Below, in pieces: positions 43,490 to 56,295 of a stretch of 64,000 nucleotides of DNA. Numbering within the stretch: the first letter of the stretch is position 1; each line of letters begins with the position of its first letter. Source of the stretch: Macrostomum lignano (lineage: Eukaryota); NCBI GenBank assembly GCA_002269645.1, contig NIVC01003660.1, positions 1 to 64,000 of the forward strand, in the 5' to 3' direction. The notes beneath the pieces were generated by a model. It ran no database searches and was not told where the DNA came from. It worked only from the letters and a program-made list of their open reading frames with translations. The position numbers and the translations under genes are program-made.

Positions 43490-44133
43490 CGACCACTTCT
43501 GCAGCCACCTCACTCCCCTGTCCATGCCAACCCCACTTCTGCAGCCACCTCACTCCCTGTCCATGCCAACCCCCACTTCTGCAGCCACCTCAATCCCTGT
43601 CCATGCCAACCCCACTTCTGCAGCCACCTCACTCTTTGCCCATGCCAACCCCACTTCTGCAGACACCTTACTCTTTGCCCATTTCAACCCCACTTCTGCA
43701 GCCACCTCACTCCCTGTCCATGCCAACCCCCACTTCTGCAGCCACCTCAATCCCTGTCCATGCCAACCCCCACTTCTGCAGCCACCTCACTCCCTGTCCA
43801 TGCCAACCCCCACTTCTGCAGCCACCTCACTCCCCTGTCCATTCCAACCCCCACTTCTGCAGCCACCTCACTCCCCTGTTCATGCCAACCCCCACTTCTG
43901 CAGCCACCTCACTCCCTGGCCATGCCAACCCCCACTTCTGCAGCCACCTTACTCCCCTGTTCATACCAACCCCCACTTCTGCAGCCACCTCACTCCCTGG
44001 CCATGCCAACCCCCACTTCTGCAGCCACCTCACTCCCTGTCCATGCCAACCCCCACTTCTGCAGCCACCTCACTCCCTGTCCATGCCAACCCCCACTTCT
44101 GTAGCCACCTCCCTCCCTGTCCATGCCAACCCC
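43490..44133. repeat. ~40-bp minisatellite (CCATGCCAACCCCCACTTCTGCAGCCACCTCACTCCCTGT)
   Basis: About 16 tandem copies downstream of the cGLR stop. Confidence 0.95.
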
Positions 44134-46793
44134 ATTAAGACTCATTTAGTTTTCACTACATGGAACTGCAACGCATAAAGTATGCCAGTCGAATTTTTTA
44201 TGGAATGCTAGAATTCCAAAATTTGAAGGTTTTAAGTTCTGTTCCTGGCTCTTTTTCTGTCTGTATCAGCTCGATGATCAGACAGATGCAGCTATCTTAG
44301 CTAGTCCCATTCTGAAGAAATGTTAGAAGTTTTCATTCATGCTTGTTTGATTCTATTAAATGTGAATTTTTGAAATTTTATTCCAAATTAAATTTTACCG
44401 TTAGTGACGTAGGTGTATTGTTTCTAGTTCGAAAGTCACTATTATTTTAATAGTGACTATTATTTTATTGAAATACTGTAATATAGTAGAAGTTACGGTT
44501 AACGTTATTTCATTGAAACGACGCAAGTTTAAATTGGGTTTAAATTGTCTTACACTTCGCGAAGAAATTTTTCATTTTTACAGTAACAAACAAGCTGTTT
44601 TTAGACTAATTAGACTAATAAAAAATTATTTATATATTTTTGGCACCGATCTAAATTTTCATTGATCTATTCAATCCGAACATACAAAATCGATAACCTT
44701 ACATGTACATAAAAGTAAATTAATATGATTTGTATATCTACGTGTATTTACTAACAAGCAGTGCAGATCTGTTTTTCGCGATCTCATTAATTGGTTGCAA
44801 CAATATTTTTGTGTGGACCGATTGCGTTTTAACAATTATTATTGTTAGTAATTAAAGTTAATAATTATATGACGACCTACTCAAGGAGAATCTCACAGCA
44901 CTTTCAACTTGTGCATGCAAATTTTACGGGGAGTTCGATTTTTCTTTTTAAGTATTTCATTCGTCCGAAGTTGTCCCCTGTTAAGCTGCAGAACTGTTTT
45001 TACCCATTTTCATCATTTTTTACATTGGAATCTTCTAACAACTCTACTGCTAGTAGGATTACAATAAGAAACAAAGTAGAAGAAATAGGACGTAAAATAA
45101 AAAATAGTGCATTTTTGAAGGCCAATTTCCTGGAAACAACACTCTGCGGAGATAGGAAAAACCATTTTTTTCATAACATAATCAATGATTGTGTGACGAT
45201 TATCCGGTGGCCTCGAAAGTAATTAACGAAGACAAACACGGCAGAGGCAAGTTTTGTAGCGGTAGCACTTGATGATAGTAACGGCCGATGCGGGCAACGG
45301 CCGCAGTCTTTGTTTATTGTAACCGTATGAGAGGATAGTTAGGCTTGCTATTATCAATTCCGTCTGGGTGGTCAACAGAGATGGGTCAGAATACTTGCTG
45401 AATCCGTAAGAAATGCACCGGGCGACTACGCAACAATAAGATAGAGATGGTAGACGATAGCGTGAGTCGATGAGCCTGAGGCAATGGTGACGATATGGTG
45501 GCGGTGAACGTGTGGTGGCGGTGCTCGTAGCGAGAGCTCGTACAGACAGTAGAGGTGGCGTGACTGAGACTTGGCAGAGGCGTGGTTTAGAACCGTGGCG
45601 GAGCGAGGCGGAGAGAGAAGGCAAGCAAACAAGGAGTGCCGGGGTGGCAAGGGTCTAAGGGGTCTAAGGGCCTAAGGCGGGGCTAACCCCAAGCGCCCCA
45701 GCCAGACAGGACTGATAAGGAGCAGGCTGGGGGTGGGTGCGCGCGGAGAACTTAATTTCAGGCTAACATAATTTATGCGCGGCTTTTCTATTGGCCGACG
45801 AGAAAAACAGAAATTATCGATCGCCTACTGTACTTGGGCTTTACAAACGTACGCAAGTTGTTTAAAATTCTTTGGGCACTACTTTAGGCGGACGTGAGAG
45901 TACGAGACCATTAAATTAACAATATTATAGATTGGTACCGTATGCTAAAACGGCCCTTGTCGGGGCTACTTAAATTGACAACGTCACAATTGCGTTTGTT
46001 CTGGGGCAGTGAAAATTACCATTATTTTAATGATTTATATGGCTAGCTGTCTAGTAAAAGTTTCATTTTCATATTATTTTTTATTTAAAAAGCCAAAAGC
46101 TGTATGCACTGACTGTGTTGTATGTAGGAACTAATATGCATTGAAATGAAATTATGCCACCAATAATGGCTTAAGAGTACCTGCATACAACATTTTTATT
46201 ACAAATATACTTGTATTTAAGAAACAAAAAACAAAAAGTAAGGCTAATGCCACTTGTGAGCATTTTCAACTTTTGGTTTTGCTAAATTAAAGGAAAACTA
46301 TATGAAAATGAAACTTTCACTACCACAACTATATAAAACACAATTAAGAGAGTAAAATGATTTGCATGCCAAATTAAAAGACTGATAATCTTCACTGCCC
46401 CAGATTAAATGCAATGAATTGATTTTTGTGATGAAAGAATGATTTTCTTAGCTCGTATCTCCGCAGTGTATTTTTCTCCAAGAAATAGGCCTAAAAATTA
46501 CACGATCTTTGTGAGTTTTATATCTAAAGCAAAATATAATTGGATAATTATAGCGCTAAGGGTGCTACACTTTCAAACTTTTGAGCACTATAAATGTACT
46601 TTATTACTTTCTCAAGGGGGTTAACACATTTTTACTATAAGTAGGTTTAGTAGAAAACTAACAATTTTAATGAGAGGGAGAACTTTCATCTGCAGGAGTG
46701 CCTGCAGAAGTTGCCAACAGTTATCCAGGAGATATGCATGCCCTTACATGCATGCCGATGCAATCATTAGTCAAAGGTTGACTGGAACACTCT

Positions 46794-47207
46794 TGGCCAA
46801 CGTATTAAACATTCGCCGACACTTATTCAGACACTTCTACAGACACTCAAGTTTCTGTCGTACGAATCGTAGGAACAAGCATTAAATTTGTTTATTCCTC
46901 ACAAACTACCAGTAAAATGTTTTATTTAAAGCTTTTTTTGCTTTATTTTATTAAATATGAATCATGAAATTTGTTATTCTGCATAGATTCTCTTCACGTG
47001 AAGAAGAATGTTAAATTTGTCCAGGACACTTCCTAATTCCTATTTAATAAAATAAAGCAAAAAAAGCTTAAAATAAAGCATTTTACTGGTAGTTTGTGAG
47101 GAATAAACAAATTTAATGCTTGTTCCTACGATTCGTACGACAGAAACTTAAGTGTCTGTAGAAGTGTCTGAATAAGTGTCGGCGAATGTTTCATACGTTA
47201 TTGGCCA
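46794..47207. mobile_element. Foldback MITE: ~165-bp inverted arms around an ~80-bp spacer
   Basis: 46794-46958 is near-identical to the reverse complement of 47040-47207 (e.g. CATTCGCCGACACTTATTCAGACACTTCTACAGACAC / GTGTCTGTAGAAGTGTCTGAATAAGTGTCGGCGAATG). Confidence 0.85.
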
Positions 47208-47251
47208 GTGGCCGGTCAGATGTTTGTCTCTTCTGCTGTTCTGGTTGCCAG

Positions 47252-48233
47252 GGTTCCGCGGCCGAGGAGCCACCGACTACAGTGGTGACAATGGCCGTCT
47301 CCTCGGAGGCGGCCTCGGGTCCGACGATGGTGGCGCAGGTTCTGGATGTCGACATCAGGTGGATCTAAACGTGGCAAAAATTATTTTTGTTTTAATTTGT
47401 GGTTTTTTCAAATTTAAATTTGAAATTCAAGCAGCAATCAACAATACCAATTGGCGACCTCCAAAGTATAAATATTAGTTTTGATGCCCGGAAATGACGA
47501 TGCACCATTTACATATGGAAGTAAATATGTCCATTCCGCTAATTTGGGCCAGATTTGAGAGAAAAGAAGAAGATAAATAGGAGAGGAGAGGAGAGAAAAG
47601 AGGAGGAGAGGATAGAAGAGCAGAGATGAGAGGAGAGGGGAGAGGAGAGAGCCGAGAAGGGACACAAGCCTTAGGTGTGCTGGATTGCTATTTTGAAGTT
47701 TCAAAGGACCCGAGGGCCGCATAGAGAGGCTTCGCGGGCCGGAGTTCGCCGACCCCTGCTTTAGGGGTTGAGTCAATGACTCTCCTGCTGGGTGTGAATG
47801 GCGTGACAACCTCTGGCACCAAAGGAATGCGGCCGCTCCCAGGATCGAACCAGGGATCGCGACTCGCGAGTCAGGTGCGTTTACCGCTGAGCTGTTTTGT
47901 CTCTCGCATGTCCCTTTCAGAGTGCATGCTCACCTCATCCACAGAGTCGTCAGTGCTCATGTCACGATGCCGACCAGAGGCCAGAAGCCGGGTGCCCCTG
48001 AGCGGCTGATGCAGAACATCATCAGCTTCGGCATCAACGATCGCCTCATCGAAGCTGACTGCCGTTTCGACTACTGCGGCTTCGTTGTTGCGGCGGAGGC
48101 AGCCGAGGTCGCGATTTCTGATGTACAGGCACTGGGTGGAGTGTTTGGAATTGCAATTTATCCCAGTGCTCGATTTTCTACGAAGAAAACACTTGAAAGG
48201 TCAATAAGGGAATGGGATCGGAGAGGACAATAG
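47252..48233 (+). CDS. Putative two-exon fragment of an unidentified protein
   Basis: Exon 47252-47358 (ttgccag|...AG|gtggat) joins in phase to an exon starting at 47921 or 47945. Composition is GC-rich and coding-like. No family recognised. Confidence 0.35.
47725..47762 (-). mobile_element. hAT-type terminal sequence (CAGGGGTCGGCGAACTCCGGCCCGCG on the minus strand)
   Basis: Typical hAT/Charlie-like terminus. A degenerate counterpart lies at ~17975-18000 (GCGGGCCGGAGTTTGCTGAC) and a CAGGGGTC start at ~25102. Confidence 0.55.
47815..47893 (-). mobile_element. tRNA-derived SINE head / tRNA pseudogene
   Basis: AGCTCAGCGGTAAACGC (A box) and GGTTCGATCC (B box). The acceptor and anticodon stems do not pair. 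Confidence 0.55.
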
Positions 48234-49147
48234 GAGAATGGGATTTTTTAGAGGTTAGTGGGAGAATGGGATGTGAGAGAATGGGATTTGAGAGAATGGG
48301 ATTTGAGAGAATGGGATCTGAGAGAATGGGATCTGAAAGAATGGGATCTGAGAGAATGGGATCTGAGAGAATGGGATCTGAGAGAATGGGATCTGAGAGA
48401 ATGGGATCTGAGAGAATGGAAACTGAGAGAATGGAAACTGAGAGAATGGGATCTGAGAGAATGGGATCTGAGAGAATGGAAACTGAGAGAATGGGAACTG
48501 AGAGAATGGGAACTGAGAGAATGGAAACTGAGAGAATAGAAACTGAGAGAATGGAAACTGAGAGAATGGGAACTGAGAGAATGGGATCTGAGAGAATGGG
48601 ATCTGAGAGAATGGAAACTGATAATGGGAACTGAGAGAATGGGAACTGAGAGAATGGAAACTGAGAGAATAGAAACTGAGAGAATGGGATCTGAGAGAAT
48701 GGGATCTGAGAGAATGGAAACTAAGAGAATAGAAACTGAGAATGGGAACTGAGAGAATGGGAACTGAGAGAATGGAAACTGAGAGAATGGAAACTGAGAG
48801 AATGGAAACTGAGAGAATGGAAACTGAGAGAATGGAAACTGAGAGAATGGGATCTGAGAGAATGGAAACTGAGAGAATGGGATTTGAGAGAATGGGATCT
48901 GAGAGAATGGGATGTGAGAGAATGGGATTTGAGAGAATGGGATTTGAGAGAATGGGATCTGAGAGAATGGGATCTGAAAGAATGGGATCTGAGAGAATGG
49001 GATCTGAGAGAATGGGATCTGAGAGAATGGGATCTGAGAGAATGGGATCTGAGAGAATGGGATCTGAAAGAATGGGATCTGAGAGAATGGGATCTGAGAG
49101 AATGGGATCTGAGAGAATGAGATCTGATAGAATGGGATCTGAGAGAG
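48225..49147. repeat. 15-bp minisatellite (GAGAGAATGGGATCT / GAGAGAATGGAAACT)
   Basis: About 60 copies, with blocks of two variants. Confidence 0.97.
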
Positions 49148-49869
49148 CAATGGGAGAATTGAATTCGAGAAGGCAATGGGAGGCTTTTTTTAAGAGTATT
49201 TTTTTTTGCATTTAATAGCGCCTAGGAATACAGGCCCCTCGTAAATTTGAGTTCTGCATCTCGCCTAAGGAAGATGGCGAGCCGATGAAACTTAGTTAAT
49301 CAATTGATTTCCCCCAGGCTATGCCTCTCACCAAAGTCTGCGGTTGCCAAAAGTCCCAACTAAAGAAATATATTGAATTTCGTTCTTTCCGAATCTTAGA
49401 GAGGCACATTACTGAGTAAAACAAACAGCCATCAGATTAAGTTTGAAGTAGGGCAGGGAAGTGTGGGGAGAAAATTTCCCAGAAAAAAAGTCAGAGACCC
49501 ACACGTACAGACAGACTCAGGGAGTGATTGATGAGAATCCAAATTCTGCATAGCTTTTACATACAGTAGCCCACCCTGTACAGCTAATTTCAGGTGCAGA
49601 CAGACTGCAGGGCCGGCCATATTAGGGATGCGGCGTAACTATGGGATGAAATCTCGATTTTTATTGCCTAATGCCGGGTTTGGATTAATGGCGTTGACAA
49701 GCCGTGATACACTAATCCTCTTCTAACAATAATCATGCGATATTATATCACATTTATTCACCGAATATGAAATGCTTCAACTAGAGGTGTCGCCATAGAT
49801 TCAATGGTGAAGGGGGGAAGGGAATAACCAAGAGTTTAAAACAAAAAAATCCTTTCTTGGTACTTAGTA

Positions 49870-50240
49870 CTCATTTTAGCGCCGCAGGCACTCATTTTAG
49901 CGCCACAGGCACTCATTTTAGCGCCGCAGGCACTAATTTTAGCACCGCAGCCACTCATTTTAGCCCCACAAACATTCATTTTTGGTGGCACTCATTTTAG
50001 CGCTGCAGTCAATCATTTTTGCGCTTCAGGCATACATTTTAGCACTGCAGGCACTCATTTTGGCGCCACAGGCACTCATTTTGGCGCCACAGGCACTCAT
50101 TTTGGCACCACAGACACTCATTTTAGCGCCAGAAACACTCATTTTAGAGCCGCAGGCACTCATTTAAGCGCCAAAGGCACTCATTTTAGCGCTGCAGGCA
50201 CTCATTTTAGCGCCGCAGGCACTCATTTTAGCGCCATAGA
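49870..50240. repeat. 21-bp minisatellite (GCACTCATTTTAGCGCCGCAG)
   Basis: About 17 copies. Confidence 0.95.
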
Positions 50241-50853
50241 CACTAACTAGGCGCCCTAAAGCTAATTTGAGGATTTCCATTTAAGCTATGCAGGCTTAAG
50301 AGCTCATTTTTGGTCATTAAAACTTTTTGAACAATCCCGTTTCAAGGTGTCTTGTAAGAGGCATGCCCCCTGTCCCCCGACCGGTGGCGGCACCCCTGGA
50401 TTGAACTGTGTGAAAAAACGACTATGAAACAGAAAAGACAACATGCATGCATGCATATTTCCAAGTGATCACGAGTGACTTTCTCATTTACTCGTAATCA
50501 AGACTCACTCAGAGTGACGCTTTGGTTAGAGAGACACCTATCAGCACATGCATGTAAGTTATGGAACTGGCCCTAATTAACTCGAAAGGTAACGAAGGAA
50601 TCCAAAATTCTAATATTAGGTGGGACTTTATTTTTAGCCAGATTTATCTGGTGCAATAGTTAGATATACTATCAGATTGGAGCCAAGGACTACTCTTAAA
50701 AGGACGCCTTTGAATAGGGGCCCTTTATTCAAGCTCCTATTCTTAAATAATCCAGTTAGTCTGTTGACCAGAATCAGTGAGACAGACTGTGACGTCCTAG
50801 CTTATTGAATTTTGCAATGAATTCATTAATAATTTCTGAATCTCGGAACTCAC

Positions 50854-51057
50854 CCTGGCCAACATGCAGCACATCAGTGACACAATAAGTAGTAGCAGGA
50901 ATGCAATTGAAATGACAATCACTACAGGGTTAATCGCCTCCTTAACGAACACTAGCACTAGCGGAGTTAGTACTAAAGAGATCACCTGAACTACAAAAAT
51001 GACAACTGTCCGGCAGAGATTGCCGTCTGAGCAGCCGCATGCGCGCCGCATGCTGTA
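50854..51057 (-). CDS. Putative internal exon encoding two hydrophobic (transmembrane-like) segments
   Basis: Acceptor ccgtcag|TAC and donor AGG|gtgagt bound 68 codons, YSMRRACG...VVIFVVQVISLVLTPLVLVFV...VVIVISIAFLLLLIVSLMCCMLAR. An upstream donor (gtaagt, ~51102) is present but its phase is unresolved. Confidence 0.45.
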
Positions 51058-52567
51058 CTGACGGCTATTAGGCTGACTGGAATCCGCGAGCTCTCTACTT
51101 ACACAGGGATGCCGATCTCAGCTGTCACACGGTTGCAGTTGATGAAAATATATGGGCGCAATGGGAATGAGGGGAAGGAAAAATACCCCCCGTCCAATCC
51201 AATATTCAGCAGGATCCCAAGCCAGCTCATGCACGGCCAGTGTTGATTTGCTGCGAACGAGTCGATGCGAGCAGCAGGGGTACCAAGCATAATCCCGGAA
51301 GTCTCCAAGGCTTTGAACGTTCAGATTGTCACGAGGGATGCAATCAAAAGAGGCGAGGAGTATTTGATAAAATGCACTTATTTATCGACGCTTCTGACAA
51401 CAGAGATCTGTTTAGCATTTGGTGAAGTATAATTTTAAATAAATCTTAATAAAAGTCATTACTCTATGGGCTTACTATAAGTAGGATGGTACAAACTTTG
51501 CAATGTAAAATTTTGATTCCATAAAAAGTTCAACAATGATTTTCGTTTGTCTTTGATTGTCTTGGCTAGTATTGTTCTAAGTGCTATTGCTTGTTGAATA
51601 TTATTCTATAAATGATTATTAGTTGAGATTTAATATTAAACAAATATTTATTGTTTGATTTAATAAATACACTAAACATATATAATTACCTTTATAATAA
51701 ACTAATATTTTAGAATACATTTTAATGCAACAAATACTCGTATCCTGTATCTTTGATGTCTCTCAGAGTATAAAATTCTGAAAATCAACTATTTCTAAGT
51801 TAGCATCGATTTACCATCTTCATTTCTAAACTGAATCTGAATTTGTAATGTTTTAATCATGTTTGCTATTAAATGAAAAAACCACCTTGAATTTGTAGAA
51901 AATCGAAGCATATTGGACAGTTGTCTAAAATATTTTTCTATTATTTTTGGCTATATTCATTAAACAAAAATTGCTTCAATGCATTTTTCAAAAGTTTATT
52001 TGAAGTAAAGAAAAATATTTTAAATACAAACAGCTGTAAAAATTTATTTTAGTATCATTGATTAATAACTTTTCAAAACAATCTAAATATTAGTGTCATA
52101 ATCCAATAAGCAAGTTTATTTTTAAAATATAAAAAGCACACAAAAACAGACTTTAGATCCAGATTACGCTTGTAATTGTTTGCTTTAGTGAACACTTTTT
52201 CTTTCTAATAGTTTCTGAGAACTGCCTCATACAGTTTTTTGACTAGAGAAATAGGAGAATATCAATGAGTTAATAATACAAAGTGCTGTGTTAATAGCTA
52301 TATATATAATTTTTTCTAAATACATATTAGAAGGCATAGCATCTAAAAACCAAGAATCATTTTTCTATAAATAATGGGCAGCAGAAAAAAAGAAAATATT
52401 TGATAAGAAACTTGCAAATTGGTTAGCTGTATTTGGTTCTTATAATATTGGCTTTTTTAAGAAAAAAACTCTAATAGAAGCACAAGCACAAGGGGCTTTG
52501 TGGAAAGTGAAGTAGAAAATCCTATAATTTAACCTAGTTAAGTCTATCTGAGAACAGTATGAAAGCT

Positions 52568-53644
52568 TCACTTCTCCAGCTGAAGCAGCAGAGGAACAGA
52601 CACAAAACCTTGCAATGGTAGATATAATTCGCAGAAGGTCTTGTACGAGGTTTCAACATAGACTTCGCGCAATGTGGCATGAAAGATCTTCTGCAAATCC
52701 ATCAGATCCTCAATGGTGAGCCGCCTCAGCTTCGAGCGATAAGTCACCCTTTTGAATGGACACTGTTTGGGCAGCAGCAGCATTGGCTGACTGAAGTCCT
52801 GATGAATCTCCAGAGTGAGGCATCTGGTGAGAGTCAGCGCGGCCCACAGCTCGTTTGGACACTGCGTCTCCATCAGTTCTAGTGTGAAAATCTGAGTAAA
52901 TTCGTCCTCGATAGCGCACACTTCGCGCAGTGCTGGAAGGCAGCACAGTGCTCGTATCAGTGGCTCCGACATGTTCAACAGACTGACGGACACGCGCTCC
53001 AGGTTTACCATCTCCAGCAGGGCTGTATAAGACGCGGTGCGAATATCCTTGGTCACGTTGCTAATGTTAAGCACGACTAGGCTGTGCTTGAGGTGGCAGA
53101 AACTATTAAGGAGCATAGATGAGTCATAGTATGACAAGAACAGGTTGCTAAGCTCCAGCCTGCGAACCGAACTTGGAAGCTTTCTGACAGTTTTAACCAA
53201 AACTTCCAGCATTCTGCCGCCAGATCCGAAAGTCACATTGCCATCAAAGATGCAAAAGAATGCGTATTCAAAGCTGCGCAGCAGTGGCATCGCTTCAGTG
53301 CCGAAGTCATCAAAGTATTTAGAAATCATGAATAGAAATTCATACAGATTGAAATAATTATCAAAAGGTTCGAAACGAATTCCTCGGATCTTCGAGCCGA
53401 AGCAGTGAAGGTAACTCTCGAAGAACATATGCTTAACATCCTTTTGTGGTCCCATAAACATGTCTTTTCGCTTTTTTGTAAAAACTTTTCCATCAATAGT
53501 TAAATATGACCACAAGCTCGGACAGTAAAAGGCGTCGTACCACTGGAAACATACCTGGGATGCGTGGTATCGGTCGCGAAAGCCGAGGTATTTAAAAACA
53601 TTTTCAAGAATGGTTATTGGCGCTGATTCCCATTTGATTTTCAT
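52568..53644 (-). CDS. F-box/LRR-type protein (FBXO39/FBXO33-like), 358 aa
   Basis: N-terminal F-box (WESAPITILENVFKYLGFRDRYHASQVCFQW...W) followed by LRR-like repeats (LRRLELSNL, LVVLNISN, LERVSVS, LREVC). The C-terminus may be incomplete. Confidence 0.8.
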   Translation of the reverse strand: MKIKWESAPITILENVFKYLGFRDRYHASQVCFQWYDAFYCPSLWSYLTIDGKVFTKKRKDMFMGPQKDVKHMFFESYLHCFGSKIRGIRFEPFDNYFNLYEFLFMISKYFDDFGTEAMPLLRSFEYAFFCIFDGNVTFGSGGRMLEVLVKTVRKLPSSVRRLELSNLFLSYYDSSMLLNSFCHLKHSLVVLNISNVTKDIRTASYTALLEMVNLERVSVSLLNMSEPLIRALCCLPALREVCAIEDEFTQIFTLELMETQCPNELWAALTLTRCLTLEIHQDFSQPMLLLPKQCPFKRVTYRSKLRRLTIEDLMDLQKIFHATLREVYVETSYKTFCELYLPLQGFVSVPLLLQLEK

Positions 53645-56199
53645 AAGTAAACGTCTTTTCGACGACTAAAAACAATTGTATTCTTTTAGAATACTTGCCT
53701 CAAGAATATTTGGAAGTGTTTTTTTATAGATTTGAATCTGCTACATAATCATTCAATCGTTTCAGTGATTCCGGGACATCCAGTATAGCTTCTTTGATTA
53801 GAATTCAACTCAAGAGTTTCTACTCCACCCTGTAACCTTGGTATTTCATTTGATAGCTAAAGTTCACGAATTACGCATTTGGAACTCTCTTTAAAAAGCT
53901 TTTAAGTCGCCAGCCAATGTGCTCATCTCAAATTAGTACCTCAATATCCACGAAAACTCAATTTAAGTTGCGGAAAGAGAGTGAGAAGGCAAGAAAGCAG
54001 ATACAGAGTAATATTTTTTATTTTAACAATAAAAAACACAAATAAATATCTTAAATAAATACCTTACCCTCTTAAAATAACGTTTTGTTTATGTATGTGT
54101 ATTCATTAGAAAAAATCCGGAAAATTATAACTCATTTTTTATTACTTAACAGTTTGAATTTTTTAAGAACGAAATTTTTACCCAGAGTAATAAATGCCAC
54201 ATAATACGATATTTTAGCAGTTAACTATGCACCCAAATAATATACTCGTTTTTTATTTCACATGCTTTTTAATTTCCATAGATAAGATACATACAGCATC
54301 GAGCTAATTTATTAATGTTAAAAATGATTTTAAACGAAAAGCATACCATAAATGTAAAATACGTTGGAATACAGTGGAATACGGTGGTTTAGCTAATGAC
54401 GACTTGAGCAAAGAGTAGGGAAACCTCAGCTTGTTTCTTCGAAAACTTTTAAAGGGCTTATATTATAGCGCGCTGTTTTGCGCGAAAATTATACTACGGA
54501 GAAAAATTTTATTTCTTTTTTCCTGCAAAGAATGTGTAAAGTTATACGAATATCATTTATAAAAAGTTTTGCCAAATCAATGAGCAATGTTATACTAAAA
54601 ATATCAGCCCCTTCGATCTACTTCCCATAAAAAACATATGGCAATTTCTGTGCCTAAAATACTTTAAATGTATATGTACATGTGTACATGTAAATACTTT
54701 ACACATGTACAAATGTACATGTACGTATCTCCGTAGTGTCTTTTAGGGAAATCCCAGCCTCAAAAATTTCTAAGAAGTTCCTAAGTTCTAATTCCTAAGT
54801 TCTTCATAATTCCTAATTCCTAATTTCTAATTTCTAAGTTCCTAATTTCTAAAAAGTTCCTTCGACTTAAGTCACCCTTTAGATCCTAGCTAGTTTCTTC
54901 GCATTACTGTAAATTGGTGCACGTAGTTTAGTATTTGTGCTTATACACTGATATCTTTAGCTGTTAATACACGTAAACGTACTCTATTTAAAACACCTCG
55001 TCACCAGAAAAATTACATACCTTAACACCAAAACATGTATAATTGTCTGTGCTTTAGAAGCTGCTTGAGCTTGTAAAAGTATATTATCTTTCAGCGTACA
55101 CACGTCGTTATTCGTGCATTACATCGACGGATATGACAACGTCATACGTCGGCTGAATATACAGGTGTAATTAAAGTAACATATACATATATTATCGAAT
55201 AAATATTTAAGTAGCAACCCTTCATAATCCCGTCTGATTATTGTTGTCTATCTAGTATAACGGAGTGAGAAAGAGCATTAAGACAGATATTACTCGTAGT
55301 TAATGTATCGGTGAAGCTCACAGGGTTGTTATTGAGAGTAAAATGGGAGCAGCGTTGCCTTAGGGTCAGTAATTCTGTCTATAAGCACCCCGGCCTTTCA
55401 GCTGCATCGTGTACCAGAGTAGCCGCGAGCAAGCCCGAGGTCCATGCAGCCCAGTCGATCGCCGTTATCCAGCAACTGCAGAAACCAATGGCCATTCGTT
55501 GCCAGAGGTAATTAAGCGCGGAATCTGAGTGGCCGAAGTGACCTACTCTATGCATGTAGAGAGTTACTGAGACGAGTGTCGAAGCGCATATAGTAGTCTT
55601 ATATGCATTTATTGCAAAGCTCGCATTGGTCAACGGTTGTAGCCAAATTGGAACAAAATTTCATGATCAAACTTAACAGAGCAACAGGTTTCCTGAGTGA
55701 CAGAAAAGTTTTACGTCAGCGAAAGCGCCTTGAAGGCTTTGGCACAGCATGCAAATGCATTGGAAGCATCATCATTTATAATGCAGCGTGGTGTATTCAA
55801 ATGCGGCGATTTGTGAGCGCAATCGAATTTGTTCGCAGCGTCAGCTGTAGCCAGCAGCCGACTCCCACAGATGCCGCTGATGGCCAGCAGCATGAGCCGT
55901 TTCGACTGGTCTGGTCGCGTAGCATCGACAATCCGACTCGGTCGCAGTCGCGGTCGCAGTCGTCGTGCGCTTCAGTATGCGAGGTCATACCCGAGTACCG
56001 TCTGTTTCGCGAATTCTGCCGACCAGCCAGGCCGCTCAGTCACGGCTTCTTGCACAGGAACTACGAGCTGCATAGTGTGAGTTCTTAATTAGCAAGATGG
56101 TTCATGTGTTCAATAGGCTTTTATCAGCTGTTGAAGCTCTATTATAGCGTTGAGGTCTGATTACTGTTAGCCAATGTTGATCAGTGCGTCAGATTGATT

Positions 56200-56295
56200 A
56201 GCAGGTCAGATTGATCAGCAGGTCAGATTGATCAGCAGGTCAGATTGATCAGCAGGTCAGATTGATCAGCAGGTCAGATTGATCAGCAGGTCAGA
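56200..56295. repeat. 17-bp minisatellite (CAGGTCAGATTGATCAG)
   Basis: About 5-6 copies. Confidence 0.9.

Noticed and set aside
47815-47893. Functional tRNA genes here, at 20615-20680 and at 3215-3278
   Set aside because: A and B boxes are present but the cloverleaf stems do not pair. Treated as SINE heads or relics.
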